Assembly (NCBI RefSeq): GCF_006345805.1
Contig: NC_043004.1
Location: 19,840,001-19,904,000, forward strand
Source of the DNA: Octopus sinensis
Taxonomy: Eukaryota
Reading direction: 5' to 3'
Length of the DNA: 64,000 nt
Position numbers and translations under genes: made by a program. The notes under the pieces are model-generated. The model was given only the letters and a program-made list of their open reading frames with translations. It had not been told where the DNA came from and ran no database searches. Shown in pieces: positions 1 to 13,291 of the stretch (position 1 is its first letter; the number at the start of each line of letters is the position of its first letter).

Positions 1-139
1 ACTTAGGGCTTCTATTCGAAACAGATGGTTATATCGAATACATGTGGTGGGGTCATACTTGTATTTCCTTTACCATCACATTGCAATGGTTATATTTACA
101 TGCCGAAATCTACCAGTAAATAATTGTTGGTTTTTTAAA

Positions 140-375
140 AACCATTAAAACTCACTCAGACGCAGATCCACTCTGCATCGACAACAGATTGCATTCCCAG
201 AATACAGAATGATACCCTTTAGTGAGCATAATGAGAGATGCACAAAGCAACTACTACCACAATTTTTAATATTTCCATTCTATCAATGTGCTATTGGAAC
301 ACCAAGACAAATTTAGATTAAACAAGGAAACATTCTACATTGAAAAATATAAGCCTGAACTTAACCATCTTAACA
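140..375 (+). pseudogene. Penelope-like element GIY-YIG endonuclease C-terminal remnant
   Basis: Hand translation from 170 gives TLHRQQIAFPEYRMIPFSEHNERC...FLIFPFYQ, then after a frameshift RLNKETFYIEKYKPELN, resembling the end of Penelope RT-EN ORFs; disrupted. Confidence 0.7.
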
Positions 376-738
376 TTCTTATACAGAGAAACTCATCTCA
401 TTAGAAAAGGGGAAAAGAAATATAAAGCGATTATCTCCCTTATACCGGAAGAAATCCCTTATTACCTCCCCCTGCCTGAAACTATTCTTTGCACTTCATA
501 ACGAAGACATGACACGATGTAGGTAAAGACATTTGAGAAATTTGAAAGGTTTACACGAAACCGGTTATTTCTCCCAAAACTATATTACTATATACAAACT
601 TTTATAACATTTTTCTAACATAACGACTTAAACATATTATTTAACCTTATAAAACAAGCCTTCTGTGGTTTTTTCACGCTTTTCTATTTTTATACATCCA
701 ACCACGTGCTTTTAAACACCAACTTTTTCACCTATATA

Positions 739-771
<33 letters not shown>

Positions 772-947
772 ATTATATGTATATGCGGTATGAGTTATTA
801 AAAACACCTTGCGATCATCAGTGGTGACATAACAAACGTAAAGATATTAAAAATATATTATACAAACCAACATAGGCGCAAAAAATGTACAAGCATTTCG
901 CGTGTATTCATGATATAAAATCCAAGCGCCCATTTCAACCATGTGCT

Positions 948-1030
<83 letters not shown>

Positions 1031-1575
1031 GCACACACACATATGTATAGACGCACATACAGGCACATATTTATATGTGTGTGTGTTTGTGTGTGTGTGT
1101 GTGTGCAGGTGTTTTCGCTTCATGGGTGTATGCCATTGTTTAAAAGTAATAAGTGAATATATAAAGAAATGAATATTCCAAGTGATTATGCGAACGTTTC
1201 TTTCAATACATACACGCGTGTGCAATTGCATTCCTTCTCACAACAAACTATAAAATGTTCCATTGTTATTCAGACAATAGAAAACACTACAGATGTGACA
1301 ACTTCCCAGAATTAGCACTTGAAAAACATATTCTTTCTAAAATACTGTATTTTCCCATTCTATTGTTTTTGCCAAATTAAGATTTAGTCCCCATATTTTC
1401 GTCTATGATGAAAAACACGAGGGGATTGTATTTAAACATGGTTATAAGAGAGAACTTGCTCCCCACTATTAACTGCCAGAAAATATCAATATATGTACAA
1501 GTAGCTAACGATGTATTTTTCTTTTCATACATCTGATACACATTCATACACTACTCATATATAAACACACGCAAA

Positions 1576-2880
<1,305 letters not shown>

Positions 2881-3344
2881 GGTAGCTAGCTAGCTATCTT
2901 TCTTTTTTCTATATCTCTGCCTGTCTGTCTGTGTGTAAACATGTATACGTATATGTGTAAAATCCGAAGCGGAATGAAAGAAAAGAATTTATCTTTTTAT
3001 TATAACGTCATAAATCATATAATTTTTACATATGTTTCACTTGTAGATATTAGCATGTTAAGTCATAATCATCATACATGATAGCGAAATCATATTGGAA
3101 TACTAGAAAGTAAGAGTTTTTTTTTCGTTGCTACTATAATATGGCTGTTCTACACAAAACTATGTTACTACATTTTAACCCCAGGAAAACGTCTTTTCCA
3201 GTTGGATAGTGACACACAATATTTATCCAATATATTGCGAGTAAGGGAGCGAATCACACCCTACAAAGCTTGGTAGACCAGTAGACAATGGTTTCTGGTT
3301 CTTTACACGTCATCGGTATCGGATACCTACTTGCTAGAGATAGA

Positions 3345-3433
3345 AGTCAATCGTCCCTACTCACAATGTATAAACAGAGAAGCGGCAGACAGCCGCTTCT
3401 CTGTTGATATATTGTGAGTAAGGACGAGTGACT
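3345..3433. repeat. Long near-perfect inverted repeat (hairpin, MITE-like)
   Basis: AGTCAATCGTCCCTACTCACAATGTATAAACAGAGAAGCGGC-agaca-GCCGCTTCTCTGTTGATATATTGTGAGTAAGGACGAGTGACT; about 42-bp arms, 5-nt loop. Confidence 0.9.
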
Positions 3434-3469
3434 GCCGTCGCTAGCAGGCATATATATATATACATATAT

Positions 3470-3837
3470 AGTGGCACTCCGTCGCTTACGACGACGAGGG
3501 TTCCAGTTGACCCGATCAGCAGAACAGTCTGCCCGTGAAATTAACGTGCAAGTGGCTGAGCACTCCACAGACACGTGTACCCTTAACGTAGTTCACGGGG
3601 AGATTCAGCTTGACACAGAGTGTGACAAGGCCGACCCTTTGAAATACAGGTACAACAGAAACAAGGAGAATGAGGAAGAGAAAGTTATGGCGAAAAAATA
3701 CAGCAGGGTTCGCCACAACTGCTTGCAGGATCCACGAAGAACATTTAGGTGTTTTCGAAAAATAAACATTCAAAACGCCTGGTCTGGAAATCGAAACTGC
3801 GATCTTACGACCGCGAGACCGCTGCCCTAACCACTGG
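3470..3837 (-). mobile_element. tRNA-derived SINE (family B)
   Basis: Minus-strand head CCAGTGGTTAGGGCAGCGG...GTTTCGATTTCC with A/B-box-like motifs; body matches copies at 20696-21072 and 57463-57778. Confidence 0.85.
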
Positions 3838-3950
3838 CTCCTATCATACACATGTATATACATACACACTCTCACACACACACACCTATATATATATAGT
3901 TGTGAGTGTGTGTGCTTTGTGTATGTATATACATGTGTATGATAGGAGCC
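3836..3950. repeat. Palindrome centred on (TA)n
   Basis: 32-bp perfect outer arms GGCTCCTATCATACACATGTATATACATACAC and its reverse complement at 3919-3950. Confidence 0.9.
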
Positions 3951-4712
3951 ATAAATTAATGAATAATTAATGTTGTAGCTAAGGGAAAAATGATGTAATC
4001 TATTAGGTGGAAGGTATGAAAGAAGGAAAATGATAACAATTACAGGAAGAACACTTTTTAAAATTAAAATGACCTTTCTCAACTTTACTCATTTCACACA
4101 GTGTTTGGATTATGCTCAACGATGTCACTTGACTATGCAATGAAAAACATCAACTCTATAATAATGTTGGCTACATTTATTCCAAATAACACCTTATCAG
4201 GAACTCTAATGGCTGCTGATGATTAGTTCGAGTATTCCCTGAGTTTGAGTTGTTACGCCACAATTAAATGAATTTGCTGTAGCTCAGTAATCTCATCAAA
4301 TCTAAAGTTACAGTATGCATATTACATCTCATGTGGGTAAGGTTGACAGTGAATCTTGCCTCTCTTTCCATCATTTAGATTATTTGCGTGATCACACATA
4401 ACATGTAAACGTTTAACAATATATAATCCATTGCGTAGTCATGTCTGATTCTATTTTAACTGTCAACGATTGTTATTTCTAACCTTCACCTACAGCACGA
4501 GTCATCATTCCTATATAGGACTAGTGGAGATTGTTTACAGTTTTGGTCTGGTAACCAATCATTTTTGAGAGAACTTCATAGAAGTTCGTTGTTTATAGAA
4601 GAAATTGCATTTCACTTGAAACTCGAGTAAAAACGTTGCCGACTTTACTTTGTCTGCATAATTGGCATTGGAACTCTGGATTTGATTTTCTTTTACAGTT
4701 GTTGGTTTAGAG

Positions 4713-5090
4713 CAGGGCTGGCCAACCTGAGGTCCGAAGGCTACATGCGGCCTGCAAACGTTTATCTTTCGTCCCGCAGATTTTCGTCTTGCTTGATACC
4801 TTTTGTAATGGGTTTATTTAAACATACATTTATCTTTCTACTTGTTCTACAAAACAATTTAAAAATTTTATCAAAAATTAAAGATTGTAATGAAAAGTAT
4901 AAACGAAAAGTACAACTGCCTTTGCAATGATAATATTTCATTATTGTAATAATGGGATGAGAAAGCAAACTGCTTTCAATTCTGTCAGCAGTGATTAGTT
5001 GAATACAAGTGCATAAAGTATACAAGTGAGTTTCAAGAAACTTTCGGTGATTAAAGTGGTCCCCAATGTAATTCCAGTTGGCCAGGCCTG
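4713..5090. mobile_element. hAT/Charlie-like MITE
   Basis: TIRs CAGGGCTGGCCAAC (4713-4726) and GTTGGCCAGGCCTG (5077-5090); 8-bp TSD GTTTAGAG/GGTTAGAG. Confidence 0.8.
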
Positions 5091-5886
5091 GGTTAGAGTT
5101 TTGAGCACATAACAAGACCTTTCCTATAAATGGACAGTAGTGCTATACTTTTACTACTGACGAAAGCAGATTGGTCTTTATAGTAATCTAGATAGTGATG
5201 ATATTATTGCCATCGTGCCGATAATTTCGTACTTTTGGTTTTACGCCTACGGCATGTAGCGATGACGAATCATCAACGCTGAGCCGCAGTATTGGCATAC
5301 AAAGGAGATTTTCTGTTAATCGTTTTCCGATGGCATCACTATAATTGGAAGCCTGTCAAAATTTTGGCTGAGTGGTATATCTAGATGAAAGTTCTCAACG
5401 TCTTCTAGATCCACTAGTTTAAAATAGTTCAGAAGCAGCTTGAAGTCTGCTCACGAGACTTGAAGTAGAAACATGATGTCTGATTACTGAGGCTATAGAG
5501 AATTTTTGTCCTGTCATAAGAATTACTCATATAAGATTATCTCTCAGGATTTCTTGATCTTTTGCAAATTCCCACTCATGTTCCATAGTCCGGAAGGTAG
5601 ATTGAACCTTAGTAAACATATTTCTCCGTTGCATGTTCGGGTGATTGCTGCGACACTGGTCACATTTGTTTTCTGAGGATTTTGTGCATGTCATTCACAA
5701 GGCTACATAATCTGATAAAGTTCTCGCCAAACAATAGACGCACTCATACATGTAAGTCACAAATGAAAGCAGACAGAACACACACATAGACATAACACAC
5801 GCATATGCAAATATGCACAAATATGTATGTATGTACGTATGTATGTATGTACGTATGTATGTATATACATGCATATCTATCTATCA

Positions 5887-5948
<62 letters not shown>

Positions 5949-5955
5949 ATATATA

Positions 5956-6014
<59 letters not shown>

Positions 6015-6019
6015 TCAAA

Positions 6020-6217
6020 ATGTGACCGCGTGTGTACAGTTGGCGATTGTTTTTCCTCCGTCTTCCTTTCCCTTTCCTATGTTTCTGACGAAGAGCTCCG
6101 CTCGAAACGTTAAAGCCCACTTCTTTCCTTCTTTCCTGAGCGTCCAATAATACTATGCTTGTTCCACGTCTTCGCGTTGTTGTGTTTTCTCTTTGTGTTT
6201 TCATGTTTGGATTAACT
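6020..6217 (+). mobile_element. ~200-bp Penelope-type solo pseudo-LTR-like element between (TA)n tracts
   Basis: Discrete non-microsatellite block flanked by (TA)n and containing a minimal hammerhead motif. Confidence 0.55.
6082..6114 (+). ncRNA. Minimal type I hammerhead ribozyme motif
   Basis: TTT-CTGACGA-A-GAGC(TCC)GCTC-GAAA-CG-T-T-AAA: intact core, 4-bp stem II, palindromic ACGT stem III, 3-bp stem I, non-optimal GUU triplet. Confidence 0.6.
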
Positions 6218-6220
6218 ATA

Positions 6221-6306
<86 letters not shown>

Positions 6307-8590
6307 CTAAGAAACAAACACATACTCCAAAAGCATAATGCTAATCCATTTATACTCACAGATCTTGCATACAGAAAACAATACAAGAGACATTACAAAG
6401 CTGGCTGTCATATACACATGAAAACAGAAAAGAGAAAATTAAAGAGAAAGACATAACTAAAAAATTAATCATTAATCAAATGTATAAACAATACCATAAA
6501 ACTGAAATTAAATTAAGAAAAGGTCCAAGCTCTATCAAGATCAAACGTAAAATATAATGTTTTTGAAATTCGAAAAGTCTATTTATTCTGTTTATGAGGT
6601 TAATTTCATAGCAGACATTTTTATGGGGGTTTCTGAAATTTACTTTTGTTCACTGTAATTTTCTTTTTACATAAATTTATTTATTTATCTATTTATTTTA
6701 AAGAATTAGTTGTAAATTTATTTCAGTGAAGTCAAGTTGTCTGGAAGCAACAGACTGAAGAAAATTGATTTGACGCTTATAATGATAGGAAAAATAACAA
6801 CATCAAGTTAAATATGAAGTACTAGAATCAAAGTTTTGTATTTGAGGATGCTTGTCTATTGATATTATAGATATATATATGTATATTTAAATCTTTGAAT
6901 AAGATTATTATTGGTCCTTACCCCTTTGTGATCAACACTATTACCACGACGACCACCAGCATCATGAATAAAATTAAAATGCCATAACGACCACTACCAA
7001 CAGTAACATCAACGAAACACCGCAAACCCATCACAAACATCAGGAAATCAAAACCACAAGCATTATCATTATCAACACTTGTACCATCCTACCATCTCCT
7101 CCTCCATAGACAATTTCATTGGGAAATTAAGTCATTGAAGTTTATTATAAACTGATGCCAGCTAAATAGATATTTTTAAATGATGTTTTGCATGATCCTG
7201 TGCGGAAGTCTCTACACAGCAAATAAAAAGTATATCAGAGCTACACAATGGCTCTGATTAAGACCGCCATACAAGCTGACATAACTTGCATGTTGCAACC
7301 AATGACTTATACACATATTTATAATAAAAATTCTGAATTTTCATAGACCGTTAATATATACTAAATATGAAAACTCTTATCTTACATTGTACTAAGAATT
7401 TTTCAAGATAGTTGACTATTTTTTACTGGGTTTCATACTTTCGCTTCTCACGTATTCATATCAAATGCTATCATCCAATATATGGAATTTCTTTTGTCTT
7501 TAACACATTCTACATTTCTAACGTAATTAACATTATCTACCTTTCTAACATTTAGCAGTTAATTTTAGAAGCACTGTTTAAGTATTTATCAGCAGATTTA
7601 AACTTAAGAAGCGAAACCAGATATATTAATATTAAAATGGATGATCACTATTTCTCTCCTTCATGATTATGCGTAATAGTTAGTATAAAACATATATTCC
7701 TACAAAATACCGACTTTTGAAACAGTTCATAAAGTCCTGTAGATTTCCACCGTCACATTTTAGGAGCGAACCTTTTGTGTTTAGATCCAAGTATTTTTTA
7801 GTAATTACATTTGAAAAAAAAGAAATAAAATCCGTATTGCATTCCTAAACAAAATATAAGTTAGGTGCTAAAAATGTACAGGGAAAGGTGTTTCGCTGGA
7901 AAATTTTCACACCTACAGCACCAAAACTGTACAAATATAGAGATATAAAAAAGAAAAAAATACTTACAATCTCTGATAAAGTCAATAGAGAGATATATCC
8001 ATGGAAAATCAATTGCAACATTGAATCACACATACTATTGTCTTCATTTGGCAAATATATCACGTTTACTGTGAATATATATTTAACCTGAATATCATGT
8101 CCCAGCAGTTTGATAGTCGTCTTCATTTCTAACACACATATATTTGCTATAAATGTTACTTGTCATGAATATGCATACGTAAAACTAAATTCTGAATAAT
8201 ATTCTAAGGCTTCACAATCAAAATGTCAGCTAGTTATTTTAAATGCAGTTTATAGTCTGTTTGTGTTTACAGCACCGTTCTGATTTTGTCAAACATCTCT
8301 ATTCAGGAGAATAGGAAACGCAAAAAAATATATAATAATGATTGAAATAAGATGGATGAAGCTGTTTTCTGAAGTTTCCATATGGTCTATACAATGCTAT
8401 TGATTGTTTACGAAATATATTTGAAATAGTCTTTCCGAGTTTTGCTTATTCTCTCCTTTTTTTCTCTCTCTCTCGCTCTCTTCCTCTTTCATTCTATCTA
8501 TCTATGTGTCTGTCTGTCTGCCTATCTGTCTGCAGTATAAGCTCACGAATAAATATATTCATCATTGTACGTACATACATACAAACACGT

Positions 8591-8664
8591 ATAAGGATGT
8601 GTATATTTATATGATTTCATTTTGTATGTATACGTATGTGCGTTGTATGCGTGTAAGTATGTCC

Positions 8665-8714
<50 letters not shown>

Positions 8715-8788
8715 GGACATACTTACACGCATACAACGCACATACGTATACATACAAAATAAAATCATATAAATATACACATCCTTAT
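8591..8788. repeat. ~200-bp near-perfect palindrome centred on (TA)n
   Basis: 75-bp arms 8591-8665 and 8714-8788 differ at one position seen by eye. Confidence 0.92.
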
Positions 8789-10351
8789 GCCAGTTTTCTA
8801 ACTTATAGCCAAAGATTAATGTAAAAAATAAATAACACTGAAGCAAAATAACACCAAATATATAGTGCGTGTGTTTTTATTGGCTAAAAATTCCGAAATA
8901 TAACAATATCTGTTTCAACACAGGACTTCACATAAAAAATCTTGCACAACAAATATTTAAGCGTATATATATATATATATATATATGGACACAGATACAT
9001 ATTTGGTTGCAGAAAAAAATCAGAAATCGCAAAATAAATTCCAATTTATTAATTACTATGTACTGAAACAACGGCTGTTATTTACACGTGTACTAAACGT
9101 GATATTTTAAAAGTATAGCGATATAGCTATACTGTGAGCAATATATAAGCATCTCTTGTTGCGGAAAACTCAAAGGTGATGATCATATTATTGCTTTTGG
9201 AATATGGACTCTCATTCACGGCACAGAAAATCAATACTTTATGCAAGTAAATGTACCTGCTCTTTAACTGTTGAATAGCGCTGGAAGTGTCTGCAAAAAT
9301 TCAAATTCAAATCTTTTACTTATAACGATAAGTCTGCAATAAATTGTTATGCACTCTGGAGAGAAGAGATTGAGTGAGAGTCAGTGAGAAAGAGAGTGAT
9401 AGAGAAAGAGAGAGGGGAGAGGAAGAGAGAGAGATTGCAACTTGTGGAACTAGTAATAGAGGAAGGCGCGTGAGATATAATAGGATATTAGAGTTTATAA
9501 TGATCCGGTTATTGGCTTTTGATTTCAAATACTTTGGATATGGTTAGTCTCATGTATGTGCGCGGATACATATGTTGCTAGAATATACTTTAAGGGGATT
9601 TTTAGTGAGCTTTAGATAATTTTCATATGGAAGAGCAGAGGGATCAATAAATCTTTAGAAGAATCATGGAGAAAATAATGAATATATTAAAGGGTATAGT
9701 GTACCGTGTTCCAACTGAAACTATTTCTTATGCCGGTTTTCTAACTTATAGCCAAAGCTAAGTTTATGTAAAACAAAATTTATCCCATTGACAAATATAT
9801 TCACAGTGAGAAAATAATAGCGTTTACCTCTGTGTGCGCGCGTGCATGTATGTATGTATGTATGTATGTATGTATGTATGTATGTATGTATGTATACATA
9901 TGTGTGCGTGTGTGTGTGTTATACCCAGTAATAGAGTGCCCCTTTTGATGCAAGTCGACTGAAGTACTACTCTAATGTTTAAAATTAGAAACGTTTTGAT
10001 ATAAAACATGCAATGGTGTTAAAAACAGAGTGGTAAGAAACAATATCACCTGGTCATTAATGACCTGCTTAAATTTCTGTTTCTCTTCATGTTTGGAGTA
10101 TATTCCACTTTTCACTAGACAGACACGCTGGACTTACAAGTGTGATAACAGGAATTTCTATAACACCAGAATGTCGAACTCCCTTGTGATACCAATTTAA
10201 GAGCTTCGAAAACGCGTTGAGTGCTGCGGTGGAAATTTCTACCGTTTCACGATCATTATATATATATGTATGTATGCATGTATGTATGTATGTATGTATG
10301 ATGTATGTATGTATGTATGTATGTATGCATGTATGTATGTATGTATGTATG

Positions 10352-10456
<105 letters not shown>

Positions 10457-10753
10457 GTTTATGAGTAACAATGAAGGGTGAAATTAATTAATTTGGAACA
10501 ATTATCAATTACACCAAGTAGTCTTCGGCATGTAAAAGCCTCATTCGAGGAAAATTTAAGTAATACTAAGCAATTAAGGGTTTAGCAACGAATTGCCTTA
10601 CCACACGCCGAATTTAGAAATAGCAGTCAAAGAGATTATAGCTATTTCTTCTACTAAAAGGGAGATCACAGTAAAGGCACAGCATTTGAAAGGCAAACAC
10701 AAACAGGTAAAAGAGAATGAATTAACGGCAATCTATCATACAGTTTTAAGTCA

Positions 10754-10845
10754 CCTACGGACGTTCGTTTCGAGATCAAGTCTTAGGAAAGCATAAGAAT
10801 TAGATAACTCTACTTTACCCAGACTTCTTCTTTCATCAGCGCAGG
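10754..10845 (-). ncRNA. Type I hammerhead ribozyme candidate (unit 1)
   Basis: Minus strand: CCUGCG-CUGAUGA-[long stem II incl. AAGUCU/AGACUU]-GAAA-CGAACG-U-C-CGUAGG; 6-bp stem I, GUC triplet, predicted cut between 10760 and 10759; A.C mismatch at the base of stem II. Confidence 0.7.
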
Positions 10846-11340
10846 ATACAAACAATCATGAATGATTGAATATTGAATTTTGAGATACTAGAAGGCACCA
10901 ACTCAACCCAGTATCAGAGCGAGCTAAGCGCCACAGCTAGTATCACCAAATTCAAAGTATGAATGAAAGCTTGTGTCACCAGTCCCTTCCCACCCGCGTG
11001 TAGCCAAGACAAAGTGCTGTGGTCATTTACTGGGATGGATATGGTTTATGAGTAACAATGAAGGGTGAAATTAATTAATTTGGAACAATTATCAATTACA
11101 CCAAGTAGTCTTCGGCATGTAAAAGCCTCATTCGAGGAAAATTTAAGTAATACTAAGCAATTAAGGGTTTAGCAACGAATTGCCTTACCACACACCGAAT
11201 TTAGAAATAGCAGTCAAAGAGATTATAGCTATTTCTTCTACTAAAAGGGAGATCACAGTAAAGGCACAGCATTTGAAAGGCAAACACAAACAGGTAAAAG
11301 AGAATGAATTAACGGCAATCTATCATACAGTTTTAAGTCA

Positions 11341-11432
11341 CCTACGGACGTACGTTTCGAGATCAAGTCTTAGGAAAGCATAAGAATTAGATAACTCTAC
11401 TTTACCCAGACTTCTTGCTTCATCAGCGCAGG
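11341..11432 (-). ncRNA. Type I hammerhead ribozyme candidate (unit 2)
   Basis: Same fold, with stem III the perfect palindrome ACGUACGU; GUC triplet; predicted cut between 11347 and 11346. Confidence 0.7.
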
Positions 11433-11920
11433 ATACAAACAATCATGAATGATTGAATATTGAATTTTGAGATACTAGAAGGCACCAACTCAACCCAGTA
11501 TCAGAGCGAGCTAAGCGCCACAGCTAGTATCACCAAATTCAAAGTATGAATGAAAGCTTGTGTCACCAGTCCCTTCCCACCCGCGTGTAGCCAAGACAAA
11601 GTGCTGTGGTCATTTACTGGGATGGATATGGTTTATGAGTAACAATGAAGGGTGAAATAAATTAAGTCTGGGTAAAGTAGAGTTATCTAATTCTTATGCT
11701 TTCCTAAGACTTGATCTCGAAACGTACGTCCGTAGGTGACTTAAAACTGTATGATAGATTGCCGTTAATTCATTCTCTTTTACCTGTTTGTGTTTGCCTT
11801 TCAAATGCTGTGCCTTTACTGTGATCTCCCTTTTAGTAGAAGAAATAGCTATAATCTCTTTGACTGCTATTTCTAAATTCGGTGTGTGGTAAGGCAATTC
11901 GTTGCTAAACCCTTAATTGC

Positions 11921-11974
<54 letters not shown>

Positions 11975-12244
11975 CTTATATATATACAGTTGCTGCCAAA
12001 ATGTTCAGAATGGCATTGTTTTCGTCAGAAAAGTAGGTATAAGTTTTTATCTAAGTGGTTTTATATTCTATAATTTTCACAGACAATACACACAATATTA
12101 TTTGTTATTGTCCGAGATTTTGGTGTAATTTAAGAGGATAATACAAAAGTTATGGATGATTCACAAAATACTACATCTTTTTTCTAGCAAAACACTGTAG
12201 CTGATCTGGTAAAAGAGTGGGATAAGCTATATTAAATCACTCTC

Positions 12245-12520
12245 TCTATACATACGATATTAAATCTCAAGGATGTAACGGAGAATACATAGGTCAAACA
12301 AAGCTTACTCTATGAAATAAACTGACCACTCACGGTAAACAAATACAAGGCCCCAGTGCTGGACAGATTCCACTGAGTGAACAGATAGACATATGAACAA
12401 AAAGATTTTTCAAGTCTTCCAACTCTAGCTATGTTCAGTGAATACCGCAAATGAAACACGGATAAACAAAGAGAATTCCTTCATACAAAAGGGCAAACCC
12501 AGACTTAACAAACTTTAACA
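12245..12520 (+). pseudogene. Penelope-like GIY-YIG endonuclease remnant
   Basis: Hand translation YTYDIKSQGCNGEYIGQTKLTL*NKLTTHGKQI...RINKENSFIQKGKPRLNKL*, with the YIG motif and the typical C-terminus; stops and frameshift present. Confidence 0.7.
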
Positions 12521-13246
12521 AAGTACAAACACAAATAACTATTCACACACAAAACACATTCTGACACTTGCCATAAAGAACCTACACAGCTAACAACCTA
12601 AACTTTAGCCACTTGACTACATAACAACGACTCCTGTATACTCTCTCACCAGATAGATTATTGATTATTGATTGTTTACGAAATATATTTGAAATTGTAA
12701 CTAAATATATTTACTCAACCGTATTGGTCTTCATTCCAGGCGCAAAATATACTGCTACTTGTCACTAACGCACGAACGTAGTGGGAAACGTTGAGAAGGT
12801 TCTACAATTGATCACGTGTTCATTTTCTACAAACACCTCACAGAAAATACTCAGAGCATTGTTTAGTACTGCCACTAGAACTTTTCAGTCAGCTGTGTCA
12901 GCCTTAACTTCGCTAAATATTGTCAGTTGATACTAACACATGGACGTAGCAGGGAACCTACAAAAATATCTAAGAAAAGTAACATGACTATCCTCTTACC
13001 AATCAAATCCTTTTCAAAACATATACTAATTTGAGCCACGAACTACTTATAGCAATAGGGTAAGCTTCAAACACTAATCAGAAGGAAAACATAGACTCCT
13101 CTTTCTCTTTCAGATGTTTGAAAATCAGTGTAAACTGTGAAACCGGTTAAAGCTTTAAACATAATAATAGAAAAATATTTTAACTGTTCTCAGTGCATTT
13201 TCAACTTCTATTTTTCTAATATTTCTACCTGTGTAGTACAAAATAA

Positions 13247-13291
<45 letters not shown>

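Larger units (their letters stand above)
10457..11921 (-). mobile_element. Non-coding tandem element: two 587-bp units, a ~30-bp third unit and an inverted partial copy, inserted in (TA)n; retrozyme or Penelope pLTR-like
   Basis: Unit starts GTTTATGAGTAACAATG at 10457, 11044 and 11631 (period 587, matching duplicated ORFs 10593/11180); 11664-11921 is the reverse complement of part of the unit; (TA)n on both sides; one HHR per full unit. Confidence 0.85.

Noticed and set aside
5150-5740. Possible LTR-retrotransposon gag remnant (LRDNLI...)
   Set aside because: Only a short motif resemblance with many stops; unsupported.
10457-11663. CRISPR-like or satellite interpretation of the tandem array
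   Set aside because: Whole 587-bp units repeat with no unique spacers, the context is eukaryotic, and there are only about two units.
10593-11897. Three near-identical 67-aa ORFs (MPYHTPNLEI...)
   Set aside because: TTG-initiated, no recognisable motif, antisense to the HHR; repeated only because the DNA unit is repeated.
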